Assembly (NCBI RefSeq): GCF_000737315.1 | Contig: NZ_JMCB01000006.1 | Coordinates: 186,001 to 250,000 of the forward strand | Length of the DNA stretch: 64,000 nucleotides | Direction: 5' to 3' | Source: Hyalangium minutum | Lineage (GTDB): Bacteria; Myxococcota; Myxococcia; Myxococcales; Myxococcaceae | Shown: piece by piece, positions 47,785-58,199 of the stretch | How positions within the stretch are numbered: the first letter of the stretch is position 1 | How the letters are laid out: every line of letters begins with the position of its first letter | Notes under the pieces: model-generated | Told to the model about the DNA's origin: nothing | Seen by the model: the letters and a program-made list of their open reading frames with translations, nothing else | The model's database searches: none | Made by a program: the position numbers and the translations under genes

Positions 47785-47994
47785 TCAGCTCACCCCCACG
47801 CCCGGATAGGGAATGGACGAGGGCTGCGGCTCGATGACGCGGCCCTCGTGGTGATGGCCCGGCGTCTTCGCGGGGCCCTCAGAGGGCCGCATCGGTGGAA
47901 CGCTCGGGGCGCGCTCGTCGTCCTCCGTGTTCGCGGTGCGGCCCGGGTGCGGCTTCTCGGGGGTGGGAATGTGCAGCACGTCCTTCTTGCTCAT
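47785..47994 (-). CDS. Small Pro-rich hypothetical protein (69 aa)
   Basis: GGAGG RBS 7 nt before the ATG; MSKKDVLHIPTPEKPHPGRTA. Confidence 0.6.
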   Translation of the reverse strand: MSKKDVLHIPTPEKPHPGRTANTEDDERAPSVPPMRPSEGPAKTPGHHHEGRVIEPQPSSIPYPGVGVS

Positions 47995-48128
47995 GGCCAG
48001 CCTCCAGGTGCTCTTTCGTCTCCTCCAAAAGTGGTGAGCCCTCGGTTGGCCAGGTACCCTCTCCAGGAGAGCGCGGACGCCCCGCTTGCATGGCAGGCGG
48101 GAGAGCGCTCCATCCCTTGAAACGAAGA

Positions 48129-48168
48129 CTCCCGCACGCCAGCGCCCAAAGGCACTGGCGCGCGGGAG
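48129..48168 (-). terminator. Stem-loop downstream of the DUF4142 gene
   Basis: Nested inverted repeat CTCCCGC-CGCCAG-GCC / GGC-CTGGCG-GCGGGAG just after the stop codon. Confidence 0.5.
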
Positions 48169-48181
48169 AGGCGAGGGGCGC

Positions 48182-48991
48182 CTAGTACTTCTTCGTGTTG
48201 CCCGGATCCATCTTGTTCTGGGTGCCGATGTCCTGGGAACCCTTGTGGGTGTCACCCGCGCCGCCGGTCCCCGAGTCCATGGGCTTCATGCTGCCCGAGC
48301 CGCCCACGCCCGTGCCCGCGCCCGGACCGATCCGGCCGAGCAGCGTATAGGCCTGCTGCCGGTGCTGGGTGACAGGGGTGATCAGGTCCTGGAGCAGCGG
48401 GGTCAGCGAGGCGTCCGTCGTGCCCTGCTTGGCCGCCATCAGCTGGCCGAGCGCCTCGTCGTGGCCCCCCACCATGATCGCCAGGAAACACGAGTCGAAC
48501 GGGGTGCCCTTGAGCGCCTGGAGCTTCTCCATGTTGGCCTTGTGAGCCGCCATGGACTTGCGCTCCACGTCGTTCATCGGCTGGGGCTCGGCCAGCTTGA
48601 GGCCCTTCTGCTGCGCGTAGCTCATCACCTTCTGGTCCGCCGCGGTGTGGTCCTTCACCAGCGTCTCACCGTAGGACTTCACGTCCGGGCTCTGGGCGTT
48701 CTGCTGCGCCAGCTGGCCCAGCTTGATCTCCGCCTGGTTCACGTGGTGCAGCCGCTCGAGCATCGCCTTCTCGTCGGCTGGGATCATGAATCCCGTGTGC
48801 TCCAGCATGCCGTCTTTGGCCATGCTCTTGCCCTTCATCGCTTGGCCCTGGGGAATTCCCTGGCTGCCCCGGTTGACTCCCTGGCTGCCCGGGTTCACGC
48901 CCGGGGTGGCCTGGGTGGTGCTCTGAGCGAGCGCGGTACCACCCAGCACCAATGAACCAGCGAGGAGGAGTCCCTGAATCGTGCGCTTCAT
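48182..48991 (-). CDS. Secreted DUF4142 family protein
   Basis: Signal peptide; LHHVNQAEIKLGQLAQQNA..VKSYGETLVKDH; FDSCFLAIMVGGH; AAGGGAG RBS. Confidence 0.9.
   Translation of the reverse strand: MKRTIQGLLLAGSLVLGGTALAQSTTQATPGVNPGSQGVNRGSQGIPQGQAMKGKSMAKDGMLEHTGFMIPADEKAMLERLHHVNQAEIKLGQLAQQNAQSPDVKSYGETLVKDHTAADQKVMSYAQQKGLKLAEPQPMNDVERKSMAAHKANMEKLQALKGTPFDSCFLAIMVGGHDEALGQLMAAKQGTTDASLTPLLQDLITPVTQHRQQAYTLLGRIGPGAGTGVGGSGSMKPMDSGTGGAGDTHKGSQDIGTQNKMDPGNTKKY
48857..48898. repeat. Two imperfect 21-bp tandem repeats inside the DUF4142 gene
   Basis: TCCCTGGCTGCCCCGGTTGAC / TCCCTGGCTGCCCGGGTTCAC, encoding VNxGSQG twice. Confidence 0.85.
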
Positions 48992-49217
48992 GTGCTGCTC
49001 TCCCTTCGTCGAGGAGCCGCTTGGGTGGGCCCCTCTACGGGTTCCCAACCTCGCGGCGGATGAAAAGCGGGCGCACCTTGGCCGTCCGGAGCGCCGAGGT
49101 CACCTCCTCGCCTGTCACGGACGTGCACCGCCGCACGTTGTGGCTCCCGGGGGTTCCTCCACTGGACGGTGCCACTGTCCTTCAGGAGGGAGAGCACCCG
49201 GGGTGCCCGGGCCAGCC

Positions 49218-50060
49218 TCAGCGGCGGCGCTTGCCCAACACGTCGATCTGAGTGGCGTACGTATCCCCGGCCACGAGATCGAATGAGGCGCGTACCTCAC
49301 TCCCCTGCCGGATGCGGGTCACCGGAATGCGCCGCTGGCCACTCCTGGCGCGCGAGTCCTCGTTCAGGCGCAGGACGTACGGCTCACCGGTCTCGGAGTC
49401 GATGACCTCGATGGAGCGCTTGGAGACCTTGCTCACGCGGCCCTCCACCATGGAGCTGGCGATGGGCTGTGGCTGCTGCTCCTGCTGAGAGCCCGAGCCC
49501 CCTGTGCCCGTCTCCGCGCTCTGGGCATGGGTGGAGCGGCGGACGCCCTTCACTTCGTCAAGCTCCGCTCGGAGCCGATCCACCTCGGCCCGCAGCTGGG
49601 CGACTTCCACCCGAACATCATTGGAGGCAGAGCCCACCGAAGTGCGCTCGTTCGCACGAGGTGAGCTGGTCGCGATATCGCCACTGCCAGCACCCACTGC
49701 GCTCCCCGCGCTGCCCACGGTGCCAGTACCTGTTCCGGTACCTGTCCCGGTTCCGGCCATGCCCGGCTCAGCAGGCCCATAGAAGGTCTGTCCCACGCCC
49801 GGGGCGGCTCCGGGGGCCTGGCCTCCCGCGACCTGCGACTGGGGCTGGGGCTGGGGCTGGACCGAGAACGAGCCCGCTGCCGGTGGCCCGCCCAGCGCCG
49901 CACCCCCGCTCGCTCCCTGGCCTTGCGGGGTGACTGCACCACCGGCAGCGCTTCCAACGGGCGCACCAGTGCCCGCCCCTCCGCCACTCTGCTGGGCGTG
50001 GCTCGTCTGGGACAGGCAGAACGTGGCCGCGAGTGCAGCCGCCAGGATGACCTTTCTCAT
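49218..50060 (-). CDS. Secreted Gly/Ala/Gln-rich protein with a coiled coil and a C-terminal OB-like (DUF5666-like) domain
   Basis: Signal peptide MRKVILAAALAATFCLSQTSHA; VAQLRAEVDRLRAEL; VEGRVSKVS..IRQGSEVRASF. Confidence 0.75.
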   Translation of the reverse strand: MRKVILAAALAATFCLSQTSHAQQSGGGAGTGAPVGSAAGGAVTPQGQGASGGAALGGPPAAGSFSVQPQPQPQSQVAGGQAPGAAPGVGQTFYGPAEPGMAGTGTGTGTGTGTVGSAGSAVGAGSGDIATSSPRANERTSVGSASNDVRVEVAQLRAEVDRLRAELDEVKGVRRSTHAQSAETGTGGSGSQQEQQPQPIASSMVEGRVSKVSKRSIEVIDSETGEPYVLRLNEDSRARSGQRRIPVTRIRQGSEVRASFDLVAGDTYATQIDVLGKRRR

Positions 50061-50316
50061 GGGCTCGGCTCCTCTTTCATTCCCCTGCAGGGAAGTTGGG
50101 TTGCCAACACCCCGTCACCAAGGGGGGCGCGCCCCGCCCTCCGCATGCCTGCCCGCTGGCGAGAGGCTCCTGCGAGCCAGACTGCTGTTCAGTGCCGGTC
50201 ACAACACACGCTCAGTACAGAGCGAACGCTCTTTCATCTCTTCGACAGACCTTGAACCCCCCCCGACATGCCTCCACCTTGGACTGGCACGCAACAAAGA
50301 GAGGGACGGCAGGGCG

Positions 50317-52455
<2,139 letters not shown>

Positions 52456-52470
52456 CCCCACAAAGACCAC

Positions 52471-52501
52471 GGGCCGGCTCCCAGGGGGTAAGAGCCGGCC
52501 C
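52471..52501. terminator. Perfect 10-bp inverted repeat after glgX
   Basis: GGGCCGGCTC-N11-GAGCCGGCCC between convergent genes; no clear U tract. Confidence 0.5.
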
Positions 52502-52709
52502 GCTTGGCGCTTCAGGCGACTGCCAGGGTGGGGGCCCCGCCCTGAAGCTAACGAGTGCTCGCTGGCCGCGGATCAAGCGCCTTCGCTCCGGGGGAACAGC
52601 GAGACAAGAGCTTTCTATCAATTCACGAGTATTCTTGTAAACCGCGAATTTAGCAAAAGACGAATTATCCAATTTTGGCGGGCCCTTAGCCCTGCTCCGC
52701 TTCGAGGGC

Positions 52710-53324
52710 TCAGACGTCGAAGAAGTCCACTTCGCCGCTCTCCAGGCTGTACTCGGCGCCCACCACGCGCAGGCCCTGCTCCAGCACCAGGCGCTCCAGC
52801 AGCGCCGAGCCGTGCTTGAGGTGGCTCACCGAGGCGCGGACGTTGGCGCGCACCGCCTCGTGGATCAGCCGCGGCCGGTCCTTGGCCAGCTCCGTGTGCA
52901 CCAGCGCCTCGATGGCGGGCCGCACCCGGCTCACGATGGAGAGCAGGTTGGGCGAGCGCGGCACGTCCGGCTTCTCGATGACTTCGAGCGTCGTATCGAT
53001 GGCGCCACAGAACGTGTGGCCCATCACCACCACGAGCCGGGTGCCGAAGGCCTCGGCGGCGAACTCGACGCTGCCCACCTGCGAGGGCGCGACGATGTTG
53101 CCCGCCACGCGGATGACGAACAGGTCTCCAAGCCCCTGATCAAAGACGATCTCCGCGGGCACCCGCGAGTCCGAGCACCCGAGCACGATGGCGAAGGGCT
53201 TCTGGCCTTGCACCAGCTCGTCCCGCCGGAGCTGGCTCATCATGGCCTCGGTGCTGCGGAGGTGGTTGACGAACCTCCGGTTGCCGTCCTTCAGCCGCTG
53301 CAGCGCCTCCTGGGGATCCACCAT
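52710..53324 (-). CDS. Beta-class carbonic anhydrase
   Basis: LGCSDSRVP, FDQGLGDLFVIRVAGN, GHTFCGA zinc ligands. Confidence 0.95.
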   Translation of the reverse strand: MVDPQEALQRLKDGNRRFVNHLRSTEAMMSQLRRDELVQGQKPFAIVLGCSDSRVPAEIVFDQGLGDLFVIRVAGNIVAPSQVGSVEFAAEAFGTRLVVVMGHTFCGAIDTTLEVIEKPDVPRSPNLLSIVSRVRPAIEALVHTELAKDRPRLIHEAVRANVRASVSHLKHGSALLERLVLEQGLRVVGAEYSLESGEVDFFDV

Positions 53325-53500
53325 GCCGACTCCTCTACCCCAGGGCCCCGCCCTGCCGCGAGGAGAACCGCGCCCCCGTTTGTGTCGCCCCCGGGACGGG
53401 ACACGGGCCTCGCTGTCCCCACGGGCTCGGGGTAGCCTGCGCCCCCTTCATCCCTCAGCCGCCGGCCGTGGCAGCGCGGACCGGCGCAGGAGCCCGCCGC

Positions 53501-55315
53501 ATGTCGTCCCCGAACCACTACAAGCCCAACCTGCGCGACCTGTACTTCAACCTCTTTGAGTTCCTCGACATCGGCCGCACCTCGCTGGGCAAGGGTCCCT
53601 TCGGCGACATCGACGAGACGGCGGCGCGGCAGACGCTGGAGACATTCGCGCAGGTGTGCGTGAACGAGGTCGCCCCCAGCTTCGCCGAGTCCGAGCACGC
53701 GCCGCCCGTGCTGGAGAACGGCGAGGTGAAGCTGCCGCCGCTGCTCAAGAAGGCCATCTCCGCCTACTACGACGCGGGGATGAACCAGCTGGAGCTGCCT
53801 CCTCACATGGGAGGCCTGGGCGCGCCGCCGTCGCTGGCCTGGGGCGCCTTCGAGCTGCTGGTGGGCGCCAGCGCGCCGGTGGCCTTCTACACGCTGGGCA
53901 CGCTCGTCTCGCGCGTCATCGACCGGCTGGGCACCGAGGCCCAGAAGAAGCGCTTCCTGCCCGCCATCACCGAGCAGCGGTGGATTGGCACCATGGTGCT
54001 CACCGAGCCGGACGCCGGCAGCGACGTGGGCGCCGCGCGCGCCAAGGCGCGGCACGTGGGCGGGGACGTGTGGGAGATTGAAGGCGTCAAGCGCTTCATC
54101 ACCAGCGCGGAGCATGACGCCTCCGAGAATATCATCCACATGGTGTTGGCGCGGCCCGAGGGCGCGGGGCCGGGCACCAAGGGCCTGTCGCTGTTCATCG
54201 TCCCGAAGTTCTGGGTGGAGGAGGACGGCAAGCTGGGCGAGCGCAACGGGGTGGTGTGCACCAAGCTCGAGAAGAAGATGGGCCTCAAGGGCTCCGTCAC
54301 CTGCGAGCTGACGTTCGGGGACGGCAAGCCGGCGCGCGGCCTGCTGCTCGGCGAGGTGCACGAGGGCATCCGGCAGATGTTCCACATCATCGAGCAGGCG
54401 CGCATGGCGGTGGGCATGAAGTCCATGGCCACGCTGTCCACCGCGTACCTGAACGCGCTGGAGTTCACCCAGGACCGCAAGCAGGGCTCGGACCTGCTCG
54501 CCGCGCGCGACAAGACGGCCCCGCGCGTGGCCATCATCCGCCACCCGGACGTGCGCCGCATGCTGATGGCGCAGAAGGCCCACGCCGAGGGCATGCGCGC
54601 CCTGGCCCTCTTCACCGCCTCCATCCAGGACCAGGTGGAGATCAAGGGCGGCCACCGCGCGCTGGAGGCCGCGGAGCTGGACGCGCTCAACGACTTGCTG
54701 CTGCCGCTGGTGAAGGGCTACTGCTCGGAGAAGGCGTACGAGCTGCTGGCGGTGTCGCTGCAGTGCTTCGGCGGCTCGGGGTACCTGGCGGACTACCCGG
54801 TGGAGCAGTACATCCGCGACCAGAAGATCGACACGCTCTACGAGGGCACCACGCACATCCAGGCGCTGGACCTCATCATGCGCAAGCTGGCGCGCGACGG
54901 CGGGGCCACCTTCCAGGGGCTGCTGGGGCAGATCCGGCAGACGGCCGAGTCGGACCTGGGTGGCAAGGAGCTGGAGACGGAGCGCAAGGCGCTGGGCGAG
55001 GCGCTGGGCGCGCTGGAGACGATGCTCGGCGCGCTCATGGGCAAGCTGGGCGAGTCGCTCTACCACGTGGGCCTGCAGGGCAACCGGGTGCTGGCCTCGG
55101 TGGCGGAAGTGGTGATCGGCTGGCTGCTGGTGCGCCACGCGGCGGTGGCGCTGGAGCGCACCAAGGTGAACCCGGGCGACAAGGCCTTCTACGCGGGCAA
55201 GCTCGCCTCGGCGCGCTGGTTCTGCAAGGAGGTGCTGCCGAACATCGCGCACCATGCGCGTATGGTGGAGCAGGGCAGCCTGGACCTGATGGAAGTGCCC
55301 GACGAGGCCTTCTAG
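53501..55315 (+). CDS. Acyl-CoA dehydrogenase (FadE5-like, about 600 aa)
   Basis: HYKPNLRD, TMVLTEPDAGSD, GVKRFITS, GTKGLSLF, EKKMG, IDTLYEGTTHIQ. Confidence 0.95.
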   Translation: MSSPNHYKPNLRDLYFNLFEFLDIGRTSLGKGPFGDIDETAARQTLETFAQVCVNEVAPSFAESEHAPPVLENGEVKLPPLLKKAISAYYDAGMNQLELPPHMGGLGAPPSLAWGAFELLVGASAPVAFYTLGTLVSRVIDRLGTEAQKKRFLPAITEQRWIGTMVLTEPDAGSDVGAARAKARHVGGDVWEIEGVKRFITSAEHDASENIIHMVLARPEGAGPGTKGLSLFIVPKFWVEEDGKLGERNGVVCTKLEKKMGLKGSVTCELTFGDGKPARGLLLGEVHEGIRQMFHIIEQARMAVGMKSMATLSTAYLNALEFTQDRKQGSDLLAARDKTAPRVAIIRHPDVRRMLMAQKAHAEGMRALALFTASIQDQVEIKGGHRALEAAELDALNDLLLPLVKGYCSEKAYELLAVSLQCFGGSGYLADYPVEQYIRDQKIDTLYEGTTHIQALDLIMRKLARDGGATFQGLLGQIRQTAESDLGGKELETERKALGEALGALETMLGALMGKLGESLYHVGLQGNRVLASVAEVVIGWLLVRHAAVALERTKVNPGDKAFYAGKLASARWFCKEVLPNIAHHARMVEQGSLDLMEVPDEAF

Positions 55316-55421
55316 AGGAATTCCGCGGGGTTGGCGGCGGGCACGTCCCTCAGTGAACATTGACTTGCCCGTCAGTACGACGGTAGAGCCTCCTGCCCGG
55401 AACGCCTGATCGGGAGGATCG

Positions 55422-56471
55422 ATGTCGTCGAGGACAGCCCCAACAGACTACGAGGTCGTGCAGAACGCCGAGCCGCACCCGGCTCGCACGGCCGCCATCC
55501 TCAGAGCCCACCCGGAGGTGCGCAAGCTGTTCGGGCGCACCCCGGCCACCGCGCTGTTCGTGCCCATCATCCTGGTGATGCAGTTCGGCACGGCGTGGAT
55601 GGTGAAGGACCAGCCGTGGTGGGTCATCGTCCTGGCGGCGTACACGCTGGGCGCCATCGTCAACAACACCTGCTACGTCATCATCCACGAGGCCACGCAC
55701 AGCCTCATCTTCAAGGGCCGCATGGGCAACCTGCTGGCGGCCATCGGGGCGGATCTGGTGCACGTCATCCCCTCGGCGGTGACGTTCACGCGCTTCCACC
55801 TGGTGCACCACCGGCACCAGGGCGAGTTCGACCTGGACGCGGACCTGCCCTCGCACGCCGAGGCGAAGCTGGTGGGCAACAGCACCCTCATGAAGGCGCT
55901 GTGGGTCACCTTCTTCCCGCTGATGCAGGCGCTGCGCATGCCGCGCTTCTCCAAGCTGGTCAGCTTCTGGGAGCCGTGGACGGTGGTGAACGCGCTGGCG
56001 GTGTTCGCGGTGGACGCGGCCGTGTTGTTCCTGATGGGGCCCTGGGCGTTCCTCTACATCGTCCTGAGCATCTTCTTCTCCATCGGCCTGCACCCGCTGG
56101 GCGGCCGGCTCATCCAGGAGCACTTCATCGTGGCCCACCCGCAGGAGACGTACTCCTACTATGGGCCGTGGAACCTCACCGCGCTGAACGTGGGCTACCA
56201 CAACGAGCACCATGACTTCTCCGCGGTGCCGTGGAACAAGCTGCCGCAGGTGCGCGCGCTGGCGCCCGAGCACTACGACACGCTGGTGTGGCACCGCTCG
56301 TGGACGGGGCTGCTGGTGAAGTTCATCTTTGATCCGTCGCTGAGCCTCTACAGCCGCATCACCCGCCCCGGTCCGCAGAAGCGCAAGGTGCTCACGGGCG
56401 GCGTGGGCCGCGTGCCGGACTCGGTGGAGTCGCTGCAGAAGCCGCCTTCCGCCGTCGACTCGGCCGCCTGA
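55422..56471 (+). CDS. DES1/DEGS-like sphingolipid delta-4 desaturase or C4-hydroxylase
   Basis: EPHxxRxxxILxxHPE N-terminus, His boxes HEATH, HLVHH, HNEHH, and GLHPLGG..EH..ETYSYYGPWN..NVGYHNEHHDF. Confidence 0.88.
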   Translation: MSSRTAPTDYEVVQNAEPHPARTAAILRAHPEVRKLFGRTPATALFVPIILVMQFGTAWMVKDQPWWVIVLAAYTLGAIVNNTCYVIIHEATHSLIFKGRMGNLLAAIGADLVHVIPSAVTFTRFHLVHHRHQGEFDLDADLPSHAEAKLVGNSTLMKALWVTFFPLMQALRMPRFSKLVSFWEPWTVVNALAVFAVDAAVLFLMGPWAFLYIVLSIFFSIGLHPLGGRLIQEHFIVAHPQETYSYYGPWNLTALNVGYHNEHHDFSAVPWNKLPQVRALAPEHYDTLVWHRSWTGLLVKFIFDPSLSLYSRITRPGPQKRKVLTGGVGRVPDSVESLQKPPSAVDSAA

Positions 56472-56516
56472 GTGCTGCGATAGTCTCGCGCCTCAACACC
56501 ACTGGAGAGGAACTCG

Positions 56517-56927
56517 ATGGGTCTTGCAGAGAAGCGCGCAGTGGCGGCTTACCAGAAGGACAAGTGGCCGACGTGGCAGCAGAAGCTGAACGCCATCACT
56601 GGCTTTGAGCCCACCTACGAGATCGCGTGGGATCAGCTGGCCAAGGAGGGCTACTCGGCCGAGTACCCCACCATGTTCGACTACAACTTCTTCGAGCCCT
56701 TGGAGATCGCGCTGAAGTCGATCTGCCAGGACGACCTGGGCAAGGACGCCCTCAAGGAGAAGATCAAGAAGGTCTCCATCACCAGCACCCGGAGCTGGTG
56801 CTCGCTGGAGGTCAAGATCGAGGGCGACACGCTCAAGCTCGACGCGGATCCTTCCTATGAGCGCTCGAACGGGAGCGTGACCTCCTACGCGGACAAGATG
56901 CGCCTGGCGCTCGAGGCCGCGCTGTAG
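56517..56927 (+). CDS. Conserved hypothetical protein (MGLAEKRA family)
   Basis: GGAGAGGA RBS; strong GC3 bias; 136 aa with DDLGKDALK motif. Confidence 0.8.
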   Translation: MGLAEKRAVAAYQKDKWPTWQQKLNAITGFEPTYEIAWDQLAKEGYSAEYPTMFDYNFFEPLEIALKSICQDDLGKDALKEKIKKVSITSTRSWCSLEVKIEGDTLKLDADPSYERSNGSVTSYADKMRLALEAAL

Positions 56928-56935
56928 CTCCGGAC

Positions 56936-57349
56936 TCAGCCCCGGTTCGGCTCTTGGGAGACCGGGAGCCGGACCATGCGGTCCATCAAGTGCTCAAGGG
57001 CCTTCGCTGGGTCCTCGCACAGCCCCGAGTGGAACGGGGACGTCTGAATCACGGTGCTGCGCGGCGCGATGAGCCAGTGCCACCGCTCCTTCTGAGGCAG
57101 CTGCCCAATGGGCCCCGCGGTCCGGCCTCCCGCGCAGATGCGGGGAATGGCCTCCAGGTGGGCTCTCACGCCTTCCACATCCACCTCGGGCGCGAGCGCG
57201 AGAAGGCGCCGCTCGTCCAGCTCCACCTGGGCTCCGAGGAAGCGGTGGGTGAGGCAGTAGAGGATGACGCCCGCGTTGATGAACTCGCCGCGCTCCACGC
57301 GCGGCACGACGCGGATGATGGCGTAATCAAAAGAGCTGGGCGCGGGCAC
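56936..57349 (-). CDS. DUF3037 domain protein
   Basis: FDYAIIRVVPRVERGEFINAGV; RWHWLIAPRSTVIQTSPFHSG. Confidence 0.9.
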   Translation of the reverse strand: MPAPSSFDYAIIRVVPRVERGEFINAGVILYCLTHRFLGAQVELDERRLLALAPEVDVEGVRAHLEAIPRICAGGRTAGPIGQLPQKERWHWLIAPRSTVIQTSPFHSGLCEDPAKALEHLMDRMVRLPVSQEPNRG

Positions 57350-58106
57350 GCTCCGCCTCCTCGATGAACTTCGGGGCCGCCTCGAGCCGCCCGCGCAGCC
57401 ACGCCAGGTACGCCTCGCGGTGGGCCTGCGGGGTGGAGAAGGCCTCCTCGTTGCCCAGCCACGCGTCGGGGATGAGCGCCACCGTGCGCTCCAGCACCTC
57501 GGGCGTCAGCCGGGTGCGCAGCGTGGCCTCCGTCGCGCGCAGCGCCGTGGCCCAGCGCAGCAGCACATGGTCCTTGATGGGAGCGAAGGCCGTCCCCGCG
57601 CGCTCCAGGTACCCGTCCCACGAGTGGTGGAAGTACATGGACGCGCCGTGGTCGATGAGCCAGAGCGCCTTGTGCCAGTGCAGCATGTTGGGGTTCTTCG
57701 GGGTCCGGTCCACGTTCGTCACGTAGGCATCGAAGCAGACGATCTCCGAGGCCTCCTGAGCGGAGGGCGGCGGGCCGGCGACCGGGTCGAACGTGATGGA
57801 GCCCGGCAGGTAGTCCATCGCCAGGTTCAGCCCTCCGCTGGCCTTGATGAGGTCACGGATCTCTCCGTCCGGCTCGGCGCGGCCCAGCACGGGGTCCAGG
57901 TGCATGAACACAAGCTCCGGGACGCGCAGGCCCATGGCACGGGCCAGTTCGCCCGCCACCAGCTCGGCGATGAGCACCTTGAGCCCCTGCCCCGCGCCTC
58001 GGAACTTCAGCACGTACAGCCCGGAGTCCTCCGCTTCGACGATGGCGGGCATCGAGCCCCCCTCGCGCAGCGGCGTCACGTACCTGGTCGCCGTCACCGT
58101 CCTCAT
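57327..58106 (-). CDS. HipA-like (HipA_2) kinase
   Basis: TPLREGGSMP, YVLKFRGAGQG, ELVAGELA, NVDRTPKNPN, LIDHG; 3' end overlaps the DUF3037 start by 23 nt. Confidence 0.88.
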   Translation of the reverse strand: MRTVTATRYVTPLREGGSMPAIVEAEDSGLYVLKFRGAGQGLKVLIAELVAGELARAMGLRVPELVFMHLDPVLGRAEPDGEIRDLIKASGGLNLAMDYLPGSITFDPVAGPPPSAQEASEIVCFDAYVTNVDRTPKNPNMLHWHKALWLIDHGASMYFHHSWDGYLERAGTAFAPIKDHVLLRWATALRATEATLRTRLTPEVLERTVALIPDAWLGNEEAFSTPQAHREAYLAWLRGRLEAAPKFIEEAERARAQLF

Positions 58107-58199
58107 GGTCCCGCACTTATCACGGCACCGCGCGTGCACCTTGAGTCCTGAAACTGGAAACAAGTAAGACGCGCTGAACCTGAATAATCGGAGGCGCCC

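Noticed and set aside
48857-48898. Tandem repeats (also TG/QP codon repeats near 45505-45535 and 49725-49860) as CRISPR or mobile-element signals
   Set aside because: Two or three copies, no spacers, in frame within low-complexity coding regions; no cas or transposase genes.
52650-52680. DnaA-box or oriC interpretation of the AT-rich stretch
   Set aside because: Only one partial match (TTATCCAAT), no box cluster and no dnaA/dnaN/gyrB context.
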